This document shows positions 24,305-38,315 of a DNA stretch of 64,000 nt, in pieces. Within the stretch, counting starts at the first letter, position 1; each line of letters starts with the position of its first letter. The DNA is from Macrostomum lignano. Lineage: Eukaryota. Position numbers and translations under genes: made by a program. The stretch lies in NCBI GenBank assembly GCA_002269645.1, contig NIVC01001463.1, forward strand, positions 62,001-126,000, in the 5' to 3' direction. Under the pieces are notes generated by a model, which did not search any database, was not told where the DNA came from, and saw only the letters and a list, made by a program, of their open reading frames with translations.

Positions 24305-25690
24305 AACCATCACCATAGACTGTCCTGATGACAATCCCCCCAGACGATAGACTGTCCTGATGACAATCCCCCCAGACGATAGACTGTCCTGATGACAATC
24401 CCCGCCCAGACCATAGACTGTCCTGATGACAATCCTCCCAGACCATAGACTGTCCTGATGACAATCCCCCAGACCATAGACTGTCCTGATGACAATCCCC
24501 CAGACCATAGACTGTCCTGATGACAATCCGCCCACACCATATCCGCCCACACCATACTGTCCTGATGACAATCCCCCCAGACCATAGACTGTCCTGATGA
24601 CAATCCCCGCCCAGACCATAGACTGTCCTGATGACAATCCCCCCAGACCATAGACTGTCCTGATGACAATCCCCCCAGACCATAGACTGTCCTGATGACA
24701 ATCCCCCCAGACCATAGACTGTCCTGATGACAATCCGCCCACACCATACTGTCCTGATGACAATCCGCCCACACCATACTGTCCTGATGACAATCCCCCC
24801 AGACCATAGACTGTCCTGATGACAATCCCGTCAGACCATAGACTGTTTTGATGACAATCCGGTCAGACCATAGACTGTCCTGATGACAATCCGCCCAGAC
24901 CATAGACTGTCCTGATGACAATCACGTCAGACCATAGACTGTCCTGATGACAATCACGTCAGACCATAGACTGTCCTGATGACAATCACGTCAGACCATA
25001 GACTGTCCTGATGACAATCCGCCCAGACCATACTGTCCTGATGACAATCCGCCCAGACCATAGACTGTCCTGATGACAATCCGCCCAGACCATAGACTGT
25101 CCTGATGACAATCCGCCCAGACCATAGACTGTCCTGATGACAATCACGTCAGACCATAGACTGTCCTGATGACAATCCGCACAGACCATACTGTCCTGAT
25201 GACAATCCGCCCAGACCATAGACTGTCCTGATGACAATCCGCCCAGACCATAGACTGTCCTGATGACAATCCGCCCAGACCATACTGTCCTGATGACAAT
25301 CCGCCCAGACCATAGACTGTCCTGATGACAATCACGTCAGACCATAGACTGTACTGATGACAATCCCGTCAGACCATAGACTGTGTCCTGATGACAATCC
25401 CCCAGACCATAGACTGTCCTGATGACAATCCCCCAGACCATAGACTGTGTCCCAATGACAATCCCGTCAGACCATAGACTGTCCTGATGACAATCCCCCC
25501 AGACCATAGACTGTGTCCTGATGACAATCCCCCAGACCATAGACTGTCCTGATGACAATCCCCCAGACCATAGACTGTCCTGATGGCAATCCCCCAGACC
25601 ATAGACTGTCCTGATGACAATCCCCCCAGACCATAGACTGTCCTGATGACAATCCCCCTAAACCATAGACTGTCCTGATGACAATCCGCT
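24305..25690. repeat. 31-33-bp minisatellite between the convergent USP24 and GPCR genes
   Basis: Unit CAGACCATAGACTGTCCTGATGACAATCC(C/G)CC. Confidence 0.95.
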
Positions 25691-25756
25691 CCAAAGGCCA
25701 CAGACTTTCCGGATGGATAGGTTTAAGACCATCCCAAGTTTTCGAAAGAGGATTCG

Positions 25757-27450
25757 TTAAGAATGCATCGTCAATTGACCGTACCCTCTCGACTGTGACG
25801 CTGTCTGCTGCTGCTGATGCCTCAGACTTTCTGCCGCGGTCTGGCTCGAATCTGAACGCGGTCTTGCTCTCGCGTTGGTCACCGCGGTGGCCCGCAGGCC
25901 GGACGTCGGCCGGCTTGGATCCAGCAGTTGGCGGGCGAGGCGCATCTGCTGCAGCCGGCAGGTGACCAGCAGCCGGGCCGCGCGCCGGAACTTCCGCCCA
26001 GCCAAGCAGTAGAGCGGGCAGGTAGACGCGAAATTCGCTGTAAACGGCAGAAAGCTGATCAGCCAGAAGGTGTCGCGAAGGAGATTCCGCTCCGTTTGGC
26101 TGTCAGGCTCAATCAGCTCAGCGACTGTCGTCCACACGGTGCACACGGTCAGCAGCGAGGTGTTCACCAAGAAAGCGAAGGAGACGGCTACCAGACGGTA
26201 GGTGACGCCACGCTGGTGCCTGCGGTGCCGTTGACGATGTGGCTGGAGAGTGCGCATCAGCACAGCCTCCTCGCTGCTGCCCGGAGAAGCCGCGGTGGCG
26301 GTAGTGGTGACTGCGGCGTCGGCAGCGGTGGCAGCCGAGGCGGCCGCCCGCCCTCTGCGCAGAGTGCAGACGATGAGGCAGTTGCTGACGAGCACCAGAA
26401 GCCAGGGCGCCAGCGACTGCATCAGCAAGGAGACGTTGCGGCCAATGCGGAACAGCCGGTTGGCTCGGCAGAGGCCGGCGTCGTTGGGCTGGAGACCCGG
26501 GATGACGTAAGAGTTGACGGCCGCTGCAGTGGCCACCAGGCCGAGTAGCACCAGGCCGGAGCGCCAGCCTACCGCGGCGCCTTCGAAGCGCATTGGGCGC
26601 CAGACGGCCAGGCAGCGCTCCCAGGAGAACACGGCCACCGTCCAGGTGCTGACAGTCCGACAGACGAAGGTGGCGTAGAGGCGGGCGCGGCACAGGCTGA
26701 TCTGGCGGGTTCCGGCCTGCAGCCAGTCGACCTGCCAGCCCATCTGATGCAAATGACCCTCGAGCACTGCTCCAACCCAGATGGAGCTCAGCATGCTGAG
26801 CAGGGTGAGTGAGTCGCACACGGTCAGGGCGCACAGGTAGAAATGAGCAGTGCTGCGCAGTGCCGAGTTTTTGAGCAACACGAATGCTACGAAGTTGCCT
26901 AAGAGAAAATTAGTCGGTAAAATGTCCGGTGGACAATTTAATTGCAAATTCATCAAGTAACTTCAATTTACTTTAGGTTGTAAACAACCTGGCGCAACGC
27001 CTTCGGCGACATCGTCCCACACTACCAGCGCTGAGGCAACTCTGCCCATACTGTACGCAGGCGCGCACTCATGCACACGCTCACACAGGGTGTACAGCGG
27101 CCCTGACTGTCTAATCGTCAGGCATCAAATTACTTTACGAAATCAAAATTGCTTTTTTTACAAAAAGGATTTGCACTAACTTTTTTATCTAGCGTCGATG
27201 ACGAAACATTATAGACTTTAGTAGCAATAGTGTGAAAAAAACAAGTTAACGAACGCTACTGATAGTAGGTGGGAAGCAAATTATGTTGCAATTTTCACTC
27301 ACCAAAGAGGCCGAGTAGGACCACAATTGGCATACTGTAGGCGAGGAACGCTTGCAAAATTGGATAGGTCAACGTGCCCATGTACTTTTGCTGGACGTCC
27401 TCCATGGATACCGACGCATTGCTGCCATTAACGCTGAGATTGGTTGTCAT
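25757..27450 (-). CDS. Rhodopsin-class (class A) GPCR, neuropeptide-receptor-like (FMRFamide/myosuppressin-receptor-like), 2 exons, 429 aa
   Basis: Exon 1 27450-27303 is not in the ORF track (MTTNLSVNGSNASVS...YSMPIVVLLGLFG|, three N-glycosylation sequons, donor G|GTGAGT). Exon 2 is 26898-25757. TM1 GN, TM2 YLCALTVCD, TM3 C...WTVAVFSWERCLAV, TM7 NFASTCPLYCLAGRKFR; seven hydrophobic segments. Confidence 0.88.
26985..27118 (-). mobile_element. SINE body copy C (in GPCR intron)
   Basis: Reverse complement TAGACAGTCAGGGCCGCTGTACACCCTGTGTGAGCGTG...CAGCGCTGGT...ATGTCGCCGAAGGCGTTGCGCCAGG matches 62680-62823. Confidence 0.7.
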
Positions 27451-27529
27451 GGTGATTTACTTCGGTTGCTGGGGTGTTAGGAGCAGGCATTATGGCAGTT
27501 AAGATGAAATGCACTGTTATTACTGCCAC

Positions 27530-27770
27530 TAGCTGACACAAACACTCACTGACATATGCACTAGCTGACACAGATACTGACACAAACAGTCACTGAAATA
27601 TGCACTAGCTGACACAGATACTGGCACAAACACTCACTGACATATGCACTAGCTGACACAGATACTGACACAAACACTCACTGACATATGCACTAGCTGA
27701 CACAGATACTGACACAAACACTCACTGACATAGACAATAGCTGACACAGACACTGGCTGACACACTTACT
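27530..27770. repeat. 44-bp minisatellite
   Basis: Unit CACTAGCTGACACAGATACTGACACAAACACTCACTGACATATG. Confidence 0.85.
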
Positions 27771-28054
27771 GGCAAGACATTAACGGATAGGGACTGAAAT
27801 GTTAAACTGCTTTCTTGGTTGGTCTACAACTATATCTTTCGTTTCCATAATGCCTGAAAACAAGATTATTGCTTCTAAATGTTATGTCGACTGGAAAATG
27901 CTCGCTGATTCGGTGTTTTAATTACAGTTTTTTATCATGTTTTACGAGCATTATATGTACCTTGCAGGACTCAGGTAGCACCTGGACTGGAAGCAGGATG
28001 AGTTTTTGCGGATCAATCTGGACTATGCATTCATTCTTAGTAAGTGTTCTATAG

Positions 28055-28272
28055 TGTCTGTCTTAGTGTGTCTGAGTGTCTGTCTTGTGGGTCTGAGTGT
28101 CTGTCTTAGTGTGTCTGAGTGTCTGTCTTGTGGGTCTGAGTGTCTGTCTTGTTTGTCTGAGTGTCTGTCTTGTGGGTCTTAGTGTCTGTCTTAGTGTGTC
28201 TGAGTGTCTGTCTCAGTGTGTCTGTCTGTCTTAGTGTGTCTTAGCGTCTGTCTTGTGGGTCTGAGTGTCTGT
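28055..28272. repeat. ~22-bp TGTCT-rich minisatellite interrupted by a LINE (resumes at 29939-29964)
   Basis: TGTCTGTCTTAGTGTGTCTGAG-like units on both sides of the element. Confidence 0.8.
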
Positions 28273-29938
28273 CGCGCCGCCACCCCCGCTGCCAGACAGT
28301 CTGACACTGCCGCCGGAGACGCCGTTGCCGGCAGAGGAGAGTTTCAGCGTAGCCCCAGTCAACGCAGCCGACGTTGTCAAGCTCGCCCAGCAGTCACCGG
28401 GCGGGAAAGCGCTGGGTCCGGACGAGGTGCCCATCGAGGCGCTGCGCATCCCCTGTGTGGCCGCTGAGGTCGCCAGAGTGATGAACCGCGTGCTCTTCGG
28501 TGAGGCGGCGCCCAACGAATGGACCACGACGCACATCGTCGCTGTTCCAAAGAAGCCGGACACCACTAGGCTTGAAGACCATCGAGGCATCTGCCTTCAG
28601 TCCTGTGCAGCGAAGCTGTTCAACCGGATGCTGCTTTCGCGGTTGCAGCCCGTGCTGGATCCGTACCTGCGCCCAGAGCAGAACGGGTTCCGGCCCCATC
28701 GCTGCACAGTGGCTCAGATCCTGGCTCTTCGCCGAGTCATCGAGGAGGCGCGGATTCGCCAGTCGATCCTGATTCTAATCTTTATTGATTTCAAGAAGGC
28801 ATTCGACTCGGTTGTCAGAGCCGTGCTTCCAATGGTGCTCCGCGCGTACAACGTGCCTGAGCATGCAGCTGATCTCCGCCATCATGGCGATGTACCGTGA
28901 TACGACAGCTGCTGTGACAACACCGGACGGTCTATCGGAGTCCTTTGAGACATCCTCCGGAGTGCTTCAGGGAGATACGCTGGCGCCGTTCCTCTTCGTC
29001 CTGGTGCTTGACTGGGTGCTGCGGACTGCTCTTCCTACCTAGCGGAATGTGCGACGCTCGCCTCCCCGCTGCGTTTTCGGACCGCCCTGCAGCTAAGCTC
29101 TTCCTACCAACGACGACGGCTTTCTGCTGCGGCGACGCGTGGGTCGACGTCAACCGGAGAAGCGGCTCAGCGTGCTTGGCTACGCCGACGACCTCGCCCT
29201 GCTGTCCTCGACCGTCGAGGGCGCCCAACGGCAGCTGGACAGGCTAGTTGCCGTTGCGGCGAGCGTCGGCCTGGTGGTCAACACGCAGAAGACCGTTGTG
29301 CTCTGCGTGCCGGACGACATCGAGGCTGCAATATTCTGCCGAGGCGCTGACGGGCAGGCGACCGAGCTCCCGCAATGTCAGCAGTTCGTCTACCTCGGCG
29401 GTCTGGTTCCAGACGCTCGCGAGGACCTGCGACGCCGCCGCGGGCTTGCCTCGGCTGCCTTTCGTTCTGTGAGGGCAGTCCTGCAGTCCGAGGCCCTACC
29501 GGACCGCCAGAGGGCTCTACAACGCCGAGACCTGGACGCTGACGGACTCACTCGAACAGCAAGTCGATGCGGCGCACGCTGGCCTGCGCCTTCAACATCG
29601 GCGTCGAGCGAGTCAACAACGCGGCACTCTATCGCCGCGCTGGCCTGCCACGTCCAAGCGATCTACTGCGCCGTCGGCGACTCCAGCTCGCAGGCCATCT
29701 CATCCGCGCCGAGTCGTACTGCCCACAGCCGGTGCAGGAGGTGCTGCTGCTCACGCTGCAGGCACCCTACCGGTGAGGTCAAGCGCGAACTCGGCGTTAC
29801 GTCGACTGTCTTGTGGCTGACGCCGGCGCCCCGGACACTGCCGGTGGTGCGGCCTTTGTTCGCGCCCAAGCCATGAAGCGCGCCCTGTGACGCTGACTTT
29901 TGCCATCCTGACAGCGTATTTTGTTGTTGTTGTTGTTG
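28273..29938 (+). mobile_element. 5'-truncated, inactivated non-LTR retrotransposon (RTE-group reverse transcriptase)
   Basis: Across frames: KALGPDEVP...IVAVPKK...HRGICL...EQNGFR...FIDFKKAFDSV...GVLQGDTLAPFLFVLVLD...YADDLALL...FVYLG...LYNAETWTL. Frameshifts, a stop and a small deletion; (TTG)n tail at 29922-29938. Confidence 0.9.
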
Positions 29939-30374
29939 TGTGTCTGTCTTAGTGTGTCTGAGTGGAAAGTCACTTCTGCATTTTCATTGTTTACCAGTGT
30001 TTAAATACTGAAATTTTATCTGTCAGTCTTTATTCAGACCCCTCAAGGGAGCGAGTGTACTAGTCCAACTTTTCCAAACGTCTAAAATTCGTGTCCTTTT
30101 CACACTCGAAACATATCGCTGTATCGTGCAGCTGCTATCGCCTACATGTAAGGCATTTTAAAGACGGTTAGCAAAGTCGCTGTGTTGCAGGATTCTTTCT
30201 TGAATATTCGATATTTGGAAGGAGCTGAAAATTCAATAATTTTATTGTTCAGCACGACGAACACGAACTACTTTGAGGCTTGAAACATCAAAGGGCCGAC
30301 TAGAAGTTATAATACCCTTATTCATGCATTGTCTAGACTGTTACGGCTCCCATTCTGCTGCCATACGAGGTCTG

Positions 30375-31260
30375 TTAAGCCCAGTTTAGTGTGTAAATAA
30401 TCCTATTCTGTAGTATATAAGCCCAATTTAGCGTGTACATAATCCTATTTTGTAGTATATAAGCCCAATTTAGCGTGTACATACTATTTTGTAGTATATA
30501 AGCCCAATTTAGCGTGTACATACTATTTTGTAGTATATAAGCCCAATTTAGCGTGTACATAATCCTATTTTGTAGTATATAAGCCCAATTAAGCGTGTAC
30601 ATAATCCTGTTTTGTAGTATATAAGCCCAATTTAGCGTGTACATAATCCTATTTTGTAGTATATAAGCCCAATTTAGCGTGTACATAATCCTGTTTTGTA
30701 GTATATAAGCCCAATTTAGCGTGTGCATAATCCTATTTTGTAGTATATAAGCCCAATTTAGCGTGTACATAATCCTATTTTGTAGTATATAAGCCCAATT
30801 TAGCGTGTACATAATCCTGTTTTGTAGTATATAAGCCCAATTTAGCGTGTACATAATCCTATTTTGTAGTATATAAGCCCAATTTAGCGTGTACATAATC
30901 CTGTTTTGTAGTATATAAGCCCAATTTAGCGTGTGCATAATCCTGTTTTGTAGTATATAAGCCCAATTTAGCGTGTGCATAATCCTGTTTTGTAGTATAT
31001 AAGCCCAATTTAGCGTGTGCATAATCCTATTTTGTAGTATATAAGCCCAATTTAGCGTGTACATAATCCTGTTTTGTAGTATATAAGCCCAATTTAGCGT
31101 GTACATAATCCTATTTTGTAGTATATAAGCCCAATTTAGCGTGTACATAATCCTATTTTGTAGTATATAAGCCCAATTTAGCGTGTACTTAATTCTATTT
31201 TGTAGTCTATAAGCCCAATTTAGCGTGTAAATTATCCTATTTTGTAGTCTATAAGCCCAT
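30375..31260. repeat. 42-bp minisatellite
   Basis: Unit AAGCCCAATTTAGCGTGTACATAATCCTATTTTGTAGTATAT; gives a 14-aa periodic ORF. Confidence 0.95.
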
Positions 31261-31945
31261 TTTAATCGCCAATATAAGCTCTTATTGAGTGACGTCCAAT
31301 GAAACCCATTTTGGTGCTTGTTAAAAAAAATTATCTTTGCAAAATCAAGCAAACAACGAAATTTGAGTATCTGTAACTTCTACGCCAAAAAAACTTTTTG
31401 GTTAATTAGTGACTAATCAAATATAGCATTTCTTTCCAAAACAGAGAACAAAGCACATCCAGTCGTGACAATTCCAACTAGCATATCCTTATCTCAATCC
31501 TGCAACCCCCAAATTTGTGACGATCGGCAAACTTTTCTTGGGCGCTGTTTTTAGCTGATCGAAATTATCGTGTCACGTGACACTACCTGGCCTGGCTGCA
31601 GGTGTCAGCTGATCATGCAGGCACTAAATCTCTGTTTAAGCCGTATTTCACCTCAACTATTTCCATGTGTTATAATTGCTGCACAATAGCGCAATTTCAT
31701 CTCAACTATGTTAGCAGAAAAGTTTTAAAAGAATTTATGGTTATGTTCTGCTCCTACTTTCGGTGAGACAAAATTATTTTGCCATGTACTTCCCATTTGC
31801 CATTATGATAATAACGGATTCTAGACTAAAAATAATAGCTATACTACTTCCTTCCGTTTCAAAGCCAGCAAGTCTTCACCAGCCCTCCTAACATCCGGGA
31901 CGGAACAGGCCTCATCCCAGTAATAGAACAAGGCCCCTGCAGACA

Positions 31946-32495
<550 letters not shown>

Positions 32496-33286
32496 AATCC
32501 ATCTACTTTTATCTCATCAGTTCGGAGTCCGGACGTGCAAAGCCGCACAGTCCAAAGTTTAGAGTGCATCCAACAACAGTCGCACCCCATATTTCCTGGC
32601 CGGCACGGGCGCCCGTCCCACCAATATATAATCGCTGCACTTCATTTCCAGCCCATGGGGGCAGCAGACAGCAACTGCTTCGACCTCGGCTCACGCAAAC
32701 ACATCTGATTTTTTTCAGTTCCTGCCGAAGCGGCTCAATCAGCAGCTGGCAGTCAGCGATTAGGCCGGGCAGCTCAGAGAGGATGGAGAGCAGCGGCGGC
32801 CGCCTGCAGTCGGAAAGTCGCCGCAAGAAATTGGGCTTTCTGTTCGGCCCTTCTCCTGATCGAATGATTGATTTGTTGATCCGCGCGCGAAGGGTTGGGA
32901 TATTTGTTCCCTCGCTTCTACTCCCCCTTATTTCTCTATCCTTCTGCCCTTCCTGGTCTCGAGATAAAAATCTGACTGACTCGCCTTAACTGCCTAGGAG
33001 AGACCCACGGAATATAAATCAGATCGGTACTGTTGGCGAATGGTCAAGGATGTGCTCTTACCTGCTTTGTATTTCTCTGAGCTCTACTTTACCGTCACCG
33101 CAGTCTATACTCTACCTTCCTCAGACTCTACTCTACCCTTAAACTTTTGACGGTGGCACAAAAGGTAGAATTGTCTATATTATAATATTTTATATTATAA
33201 TATATTTTATAACTATATTATATTTATGTTATAAAAAGTGTCTATATTATGGCTTTTATTAAGATCCCAGATGGAATTTTATTAGT

Positions 33287-33535
<249 letters not shown>

Positions 33536-34174
33536 CTCCCTCGAGTTGATTATAATTAGATTCTTTATGTAGACAAGAGCTTGTGAGTTTTCAAAAAGTT
33601 CCCGTTGACATAAAATTTTGAACAGATGTTAAGCAGCACCCTTGGACAGTAGAAAAGAAGTTAAAGGTCAATTTTGCCCACATGTAGTGCTAAAAGTGCA
33701 CACTCAATATGTCCACCCACGTCCCCATTAGCAACACAAGCCAGAAAGCTGTTGGCATAAAATATCAGCCTTCAATGGACCCCAAAAGCTCTAAAAGGAT
33801 TTTCGGCCTCTAATACACAGAATATACAGCTGGCGAAACTGTGAAGATAGAAGTCGAAGGTCGAATAGGCGAGAGAGAGAAAAACTGTGAAATTTTTCAG
33901 ACACAAAAAGAACTGAAGGCTACAGCAGCTGCCGCCTGACCCGGGCTTGCCATGGCCCGAATTGCACTGGGGAGCCTCTCTGGGAATTGAGGCAAAGCAT
34001 ACAGCAAGTCAGCAAGTATCAGCAAGGTTGCAAATTGGATTCTGCTACTTTGGCGAAACTTTCACTACATCTTAGCTTCACTTCTATTTGCCTTCATAAC
34101 GGTATTTGCTGGGCTGAAATGTATCATAAATATCCCATCTAAGGCTGTGCGAAATTAATCCCCATTTATCAAAT

Positions 34175-34850
34175 CCCATCTATTGAATCCCATCTATTGA
34201 ATCCCATCTATTGAATCCCATCTATTGAATCCCATCTATTGAATCCCATCTATTGAATCCCATCTATTGAATCCCATCTATTGAATCCCATCTATTGAAT
34301 CCCATCTATTGAATCCCATCTATTGAATCCCATCTGTTGAATCCCATCTATTGAATCCCATCTGTTGAATCCCATCTATTGAATCCCATCTGTTGAATTC
34401 CATCTATTGAATCCCATCTATTGAATCCCATCTATTGAATCCCATCTATTGAATCCCATCTATTGAATCCCATCTATTGAATCCCATCTATTGAATCCCA
34501 TCTATTGAATCCCATCTATTGAATCCCATCTATTGAATCCCATCTATTGAATCCCATCTATTGAATCCCATCTATTGAATCCCATCTATTGAATCCCATC
34601 TATTGAATCCCATCTATTGAATCCCATCTATTGAATCCCATCTATTGAATCCCATCTATTGAATCCCATCTGTTGAATCCCATCTATTGAATCCCATCTA
34701 TTGAATCCCATCTATTGAATCCCATCTATTGAATCCCATCTATTGAATCCCATCTATTGAATCCCATCTATTGAATCCCATCTATTGAATCCCATCTATT
34801 GAATCCCATCTGTTGAATCCCATCTATTGAATCCCATCTATTGAATCCCA
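34175..34850. repeat. 14-bp minisatellite
   Basis: Unit GAATCCCATCTATT, highly homogeneous. Confidence 0.97.
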
Positions 34851-35379
34851 TTCACGAGATCCCTCTTGTTGAATCCAATCCATCAAATGCCGTCTATCAA
34901 ATCCCATCTATCAAACCCCATGTATAGAATTCCCCTTAACTGTTCTGAGAGTTTCGAATACCAAAGCAATTTATAGTGCTCAAAGGTCTCATAACTCACC
35001 TCTGAGTCAGTTGCGATCAGAGTTTCTGTCCCGGCCTGTTCATTAAAAATATTATTGACAACTGCTGATGCAGAAGAATTACTGGCGGGAAGTTTCGCTA
35101 GCAGAATTGGGACAAAAATGCGACCGATTGAGGCCTTGGGTAGGGGTCATGTTCAAGTACAGAGTCTCGCCTGAAAGGGATATTAATAACCTCGGATGAG
35201 AGGAAGGCTCTAAGGGAGGAATAGGCCAGGGGTTGGTATTGGCTCACTGCCCAATAAGGATTGGTAGGGACGGAGGACATTGAGGATTAAGGCTCTGTGG
35301 GGTAGAAGTGGGGTGAGTGAGGGGTAGAGGGACATCGGAGGTTATGGAGTGGGTTGGGAGTGGGGGTAGATGATTTGGT

Positions 35380-35845
35380 AGATAGGTAGAGGCATTAGAG
35401 GCCATGAAAAACAAGTAGGCTTGCGGTGGAGGGGCAGCAAAGGCCATATGAAGTGGGTTTGCATTGGAGGCCATTAAAATAAGTTGGTGGGGGTGGGGGG
35501 CAGTGGAGGCCATAAAAATATCTAAGTTGGTGCGGGTATGTGGGTGGGATGTGGGTGGGATGTGGGTGGGATGGAGGTTGGAGGGTAGTGGAGGCCATAA
35601 AAATGTGGGTGGGGGTTGAGGGGCATTGGAAGCCATGAAATAATTGTGGGTGGGGGCGTTAAGGGACAGTAAAGGCCATTAAAATAAGTGGGTGGGGGGT
35701 TGAGAGGCAGTAGAGGCCATAAAAATAAGTGGGTGGGGGGCTGAGGGGCATTGGTAGCCATAAAAATAAGTGGGTGGGTGGGGGTTGAAGGGCAGTGGAG
35801 ACCATAAAAATAAGTGGGTTGGGGTTGAAGCGCAGTGGAGGCCCT
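35380..35845. repeat. Degenerate ~41-bp G-rich tandem repeat
   Basis: GGCCATAAAAATAAGTGGGTGGGGG..GAGGGGCAGTGGA-like units. Confidence 0.8.
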
Positions 35846-36354
35846 AATGGAGTACTCACTAATGATGTTTCAGCTACCTGCTAATTTCTCTGCGGCTCAT
35901 CCAATCATAAAATTTACTAACTCGAGACTACTATCGGTAATTTCTTTGAGTAGGTACTCAAATATTGAAAAGTTAAATAATGCATATCAGAGTGTTTTTT
36001 GAGTCCGTGAAATGTACGCGAGTCTTCTGCTGCCGCATTATGGGGGAGAGCAGTGCGGGATAATGGATCTACGATTATAATTACCCGTGCACTCTTTCAC
36101 GTATATCTTTCGCTATAAATTAGCCCAGCGAAAGCTTATGCGAAAGCGCAACGCCATCCATATTAGATTAATGCATGCATGCAACCAGTCTGAGTGCTCG
36201 CTGATGCTTGGCTGTGGAGCTTAATGTACGCATGAGCATGGGGTAACAGCCTCGGTTGTCAAGGACGGCGGGTCTGAAATGTGATTAATTTGCATGAACT
36301 GGAGTAGAGAGAGGAGTCTGTGTAGCCAACTGGACTTGGCTATGGATATTGTGA

Positions 36355-38315
36355 TGGATGCTGGAATCTGAAGCTGTGTAACGCTGGAACCTGAAGCTGT
36401 GTAATTATAGAATCTGAAGCTGTGTAACGCTGGAACCTGAAGCTGTGTAATTATAGAATCTGAAGCTGTGTAATGCTGGAATCTGAAGCTGTGTAATGCT
36501 GGAATCTGAAGCTGTGTAATTATAGAATCTGAAGCTGTGTAACGCTGGAATCTGAAGCTGTGTAATGATGGAATCTGAAGCTGTGTAATGCTGGAATCTG
36601 AAGCTGTGTAATGCTGGAATCTGAAGCTGTGTAATTATGGAATCTGAAGCTGTGTTACGCTGGAATCTGAAGCTGTGTAATGCTGGAATCTGAAGCTGTG
36701 TAATGCTGGAATCTGAAGCTGTGTAATGCTGGAATCTGAAGCTGTGTAATGATGGAATCTGAAGCTGTGTAATTATGGAATCTGAAGCTGTGTAATTATA
36801 GAATCTGAAGCTGTGTTACGCTGGAATCTGAAGCTGTGTAATGATGGAATCTGAAGCTGTGTAATGATGGAATCTGAAGCTGTGTAATTATAGAATCTGA
36901 AGCTGTGTAATTATAGAATCTGAAGCTGTGTAACGCTGGAATCTGAAGCTGTGTAATGATGGAATCTGAAGCTGTGTAATGCTGGAATCTGAAGCTGTGT
37001 AATTATAGAATCTGAAGCTGTGTAACGCTGGAATCTGAAGCTGTGTAATGATGGAATCTGAAGCTGTGTAATGCTGGAATCTGAAGCTGTGTAATTATAG
37101 AATCTGAAGCTGTGTAACGCTGGAATCTGAAGCTGTGTAATGATGGAATCTGAAGCTGTGTAATGCTGGAATCTGAAGCTGTGTAATGCTGGAATCTGAA
37201 GCTGTGTAATTATGGAATCTGAAGCTGTGTAATGCTGGAATCTGAAGCTGTGTAATGCTTCAATCTAAGGCTGTGTAATGCTGGAATCTAAAGCTGTGTA
37301 ATGCTGGAATCTGAAGCTGTGTAATGCTGGAATCTGAAGCTGTGTAATGCTGGAATCTGAAGCTGTGTAATGCTGGAATCTGAAGCTGTGTAATTATGGA
37401 ATCTGAAGCTGTGTAATGCTGGAATCTGAAGCTGTGTAATGCTTCAATCTAAGGCTGTGTAATGCTGGAATCTGAAGCTGTGTAATGCTGGAATCTGAAG
37501 CTGTGTAATGCTGGAATCTAAAGCTGTGTAATGCTGGAATCTGAAGCTGTGTAATGCTGGAATCTGAAGCTGTGTAATGCTGGAATCTGAAGCTGTGTAA
37601 TGCTTCAATCTAAGGCTGTGTAATGCTGGAATCTGAAGCTGTGTAATTATGGAATCTGAAGCTGTGTAATGCTGGAATCTGAAGCTGTGTAATGCTTCAA
37701 TCTAAGGCTGTGTAATGCTGGAATCTGAAGCTGTGTAATGCTGGAATCTGAAGCTGTGTAATGCTGGAATCTAAAGCTGTGTAATGCTGGAATCTGAAGC
37801 TGTGTAATGCTGGAATCTGAAGCTGTGTAATGCTGGAATCTGAAGCTGTGTAATGCTTCAATCTAAGGCTGTGTAATGCTGGAATCTGAAGCTGTGTAAT
37901 TATGGAATCTGAAGCTGTGTAATGCTGGAATCTGAAGCTGTGTAATGCTTCAATCTAAGGCTGTGTAATGCTGGAATCTAAAGCTGTGTAATGCTGGAAT
38001 CTGAAGCTGTGTAATGCTGGAATCTGAAGCTGTGTAATGCTGGAATCTGAAGCTGTGTAATGCTTCAATCTAAGGCTGTGTAATGCTGGAATCTGAAGCT
38101 GTGTAATGCTTCAATCTAAGGCTGTGTAATGCTGGAATCTGAAGCTGTGTAATGCTTCAATCTAAGGCTGTGTAATGCTGGAATCTGAAGCTGTGTAATG
38201 CTTCAATCTAAGGCTGTAATGCTGGAATCTGAAGCTGTGTAATGCTGGAATCTGAAGCTGTGTAATGATGAAACCTGAAGCTGTGTAATGCTGGAATCTG
38301 AAGCTGTGTAATGCC
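36355..38315. repeat. 23-bp minisatellite, ~2 kb
   Basis: Unit AATGCTGGAATCTGAAGCTGTGT with variant units in blocks. Confidence 0.97.

Noticed and set aside
24305-25690. CTGATGA in each unit, suggesting a hammerhead or C/D-box array
   Set aside because: No downstream GAAA or stem II, and no paired box C/D terminal stem.
19956-26834. Antisense and alternative-frame ORFs overlapping USP24 and GPCR exons
   Set aside because: Shadows of GC-rich coding sequence with no independent signal.
30375-31352. 325-aa ORF with a 14-aa repeat (LQNRIMYTLNWAYI)
   Set aside because: It is the translation of a 42-bp minisatellite that lacks stops in one frame; non-ATG start, AT-rich, no domain.
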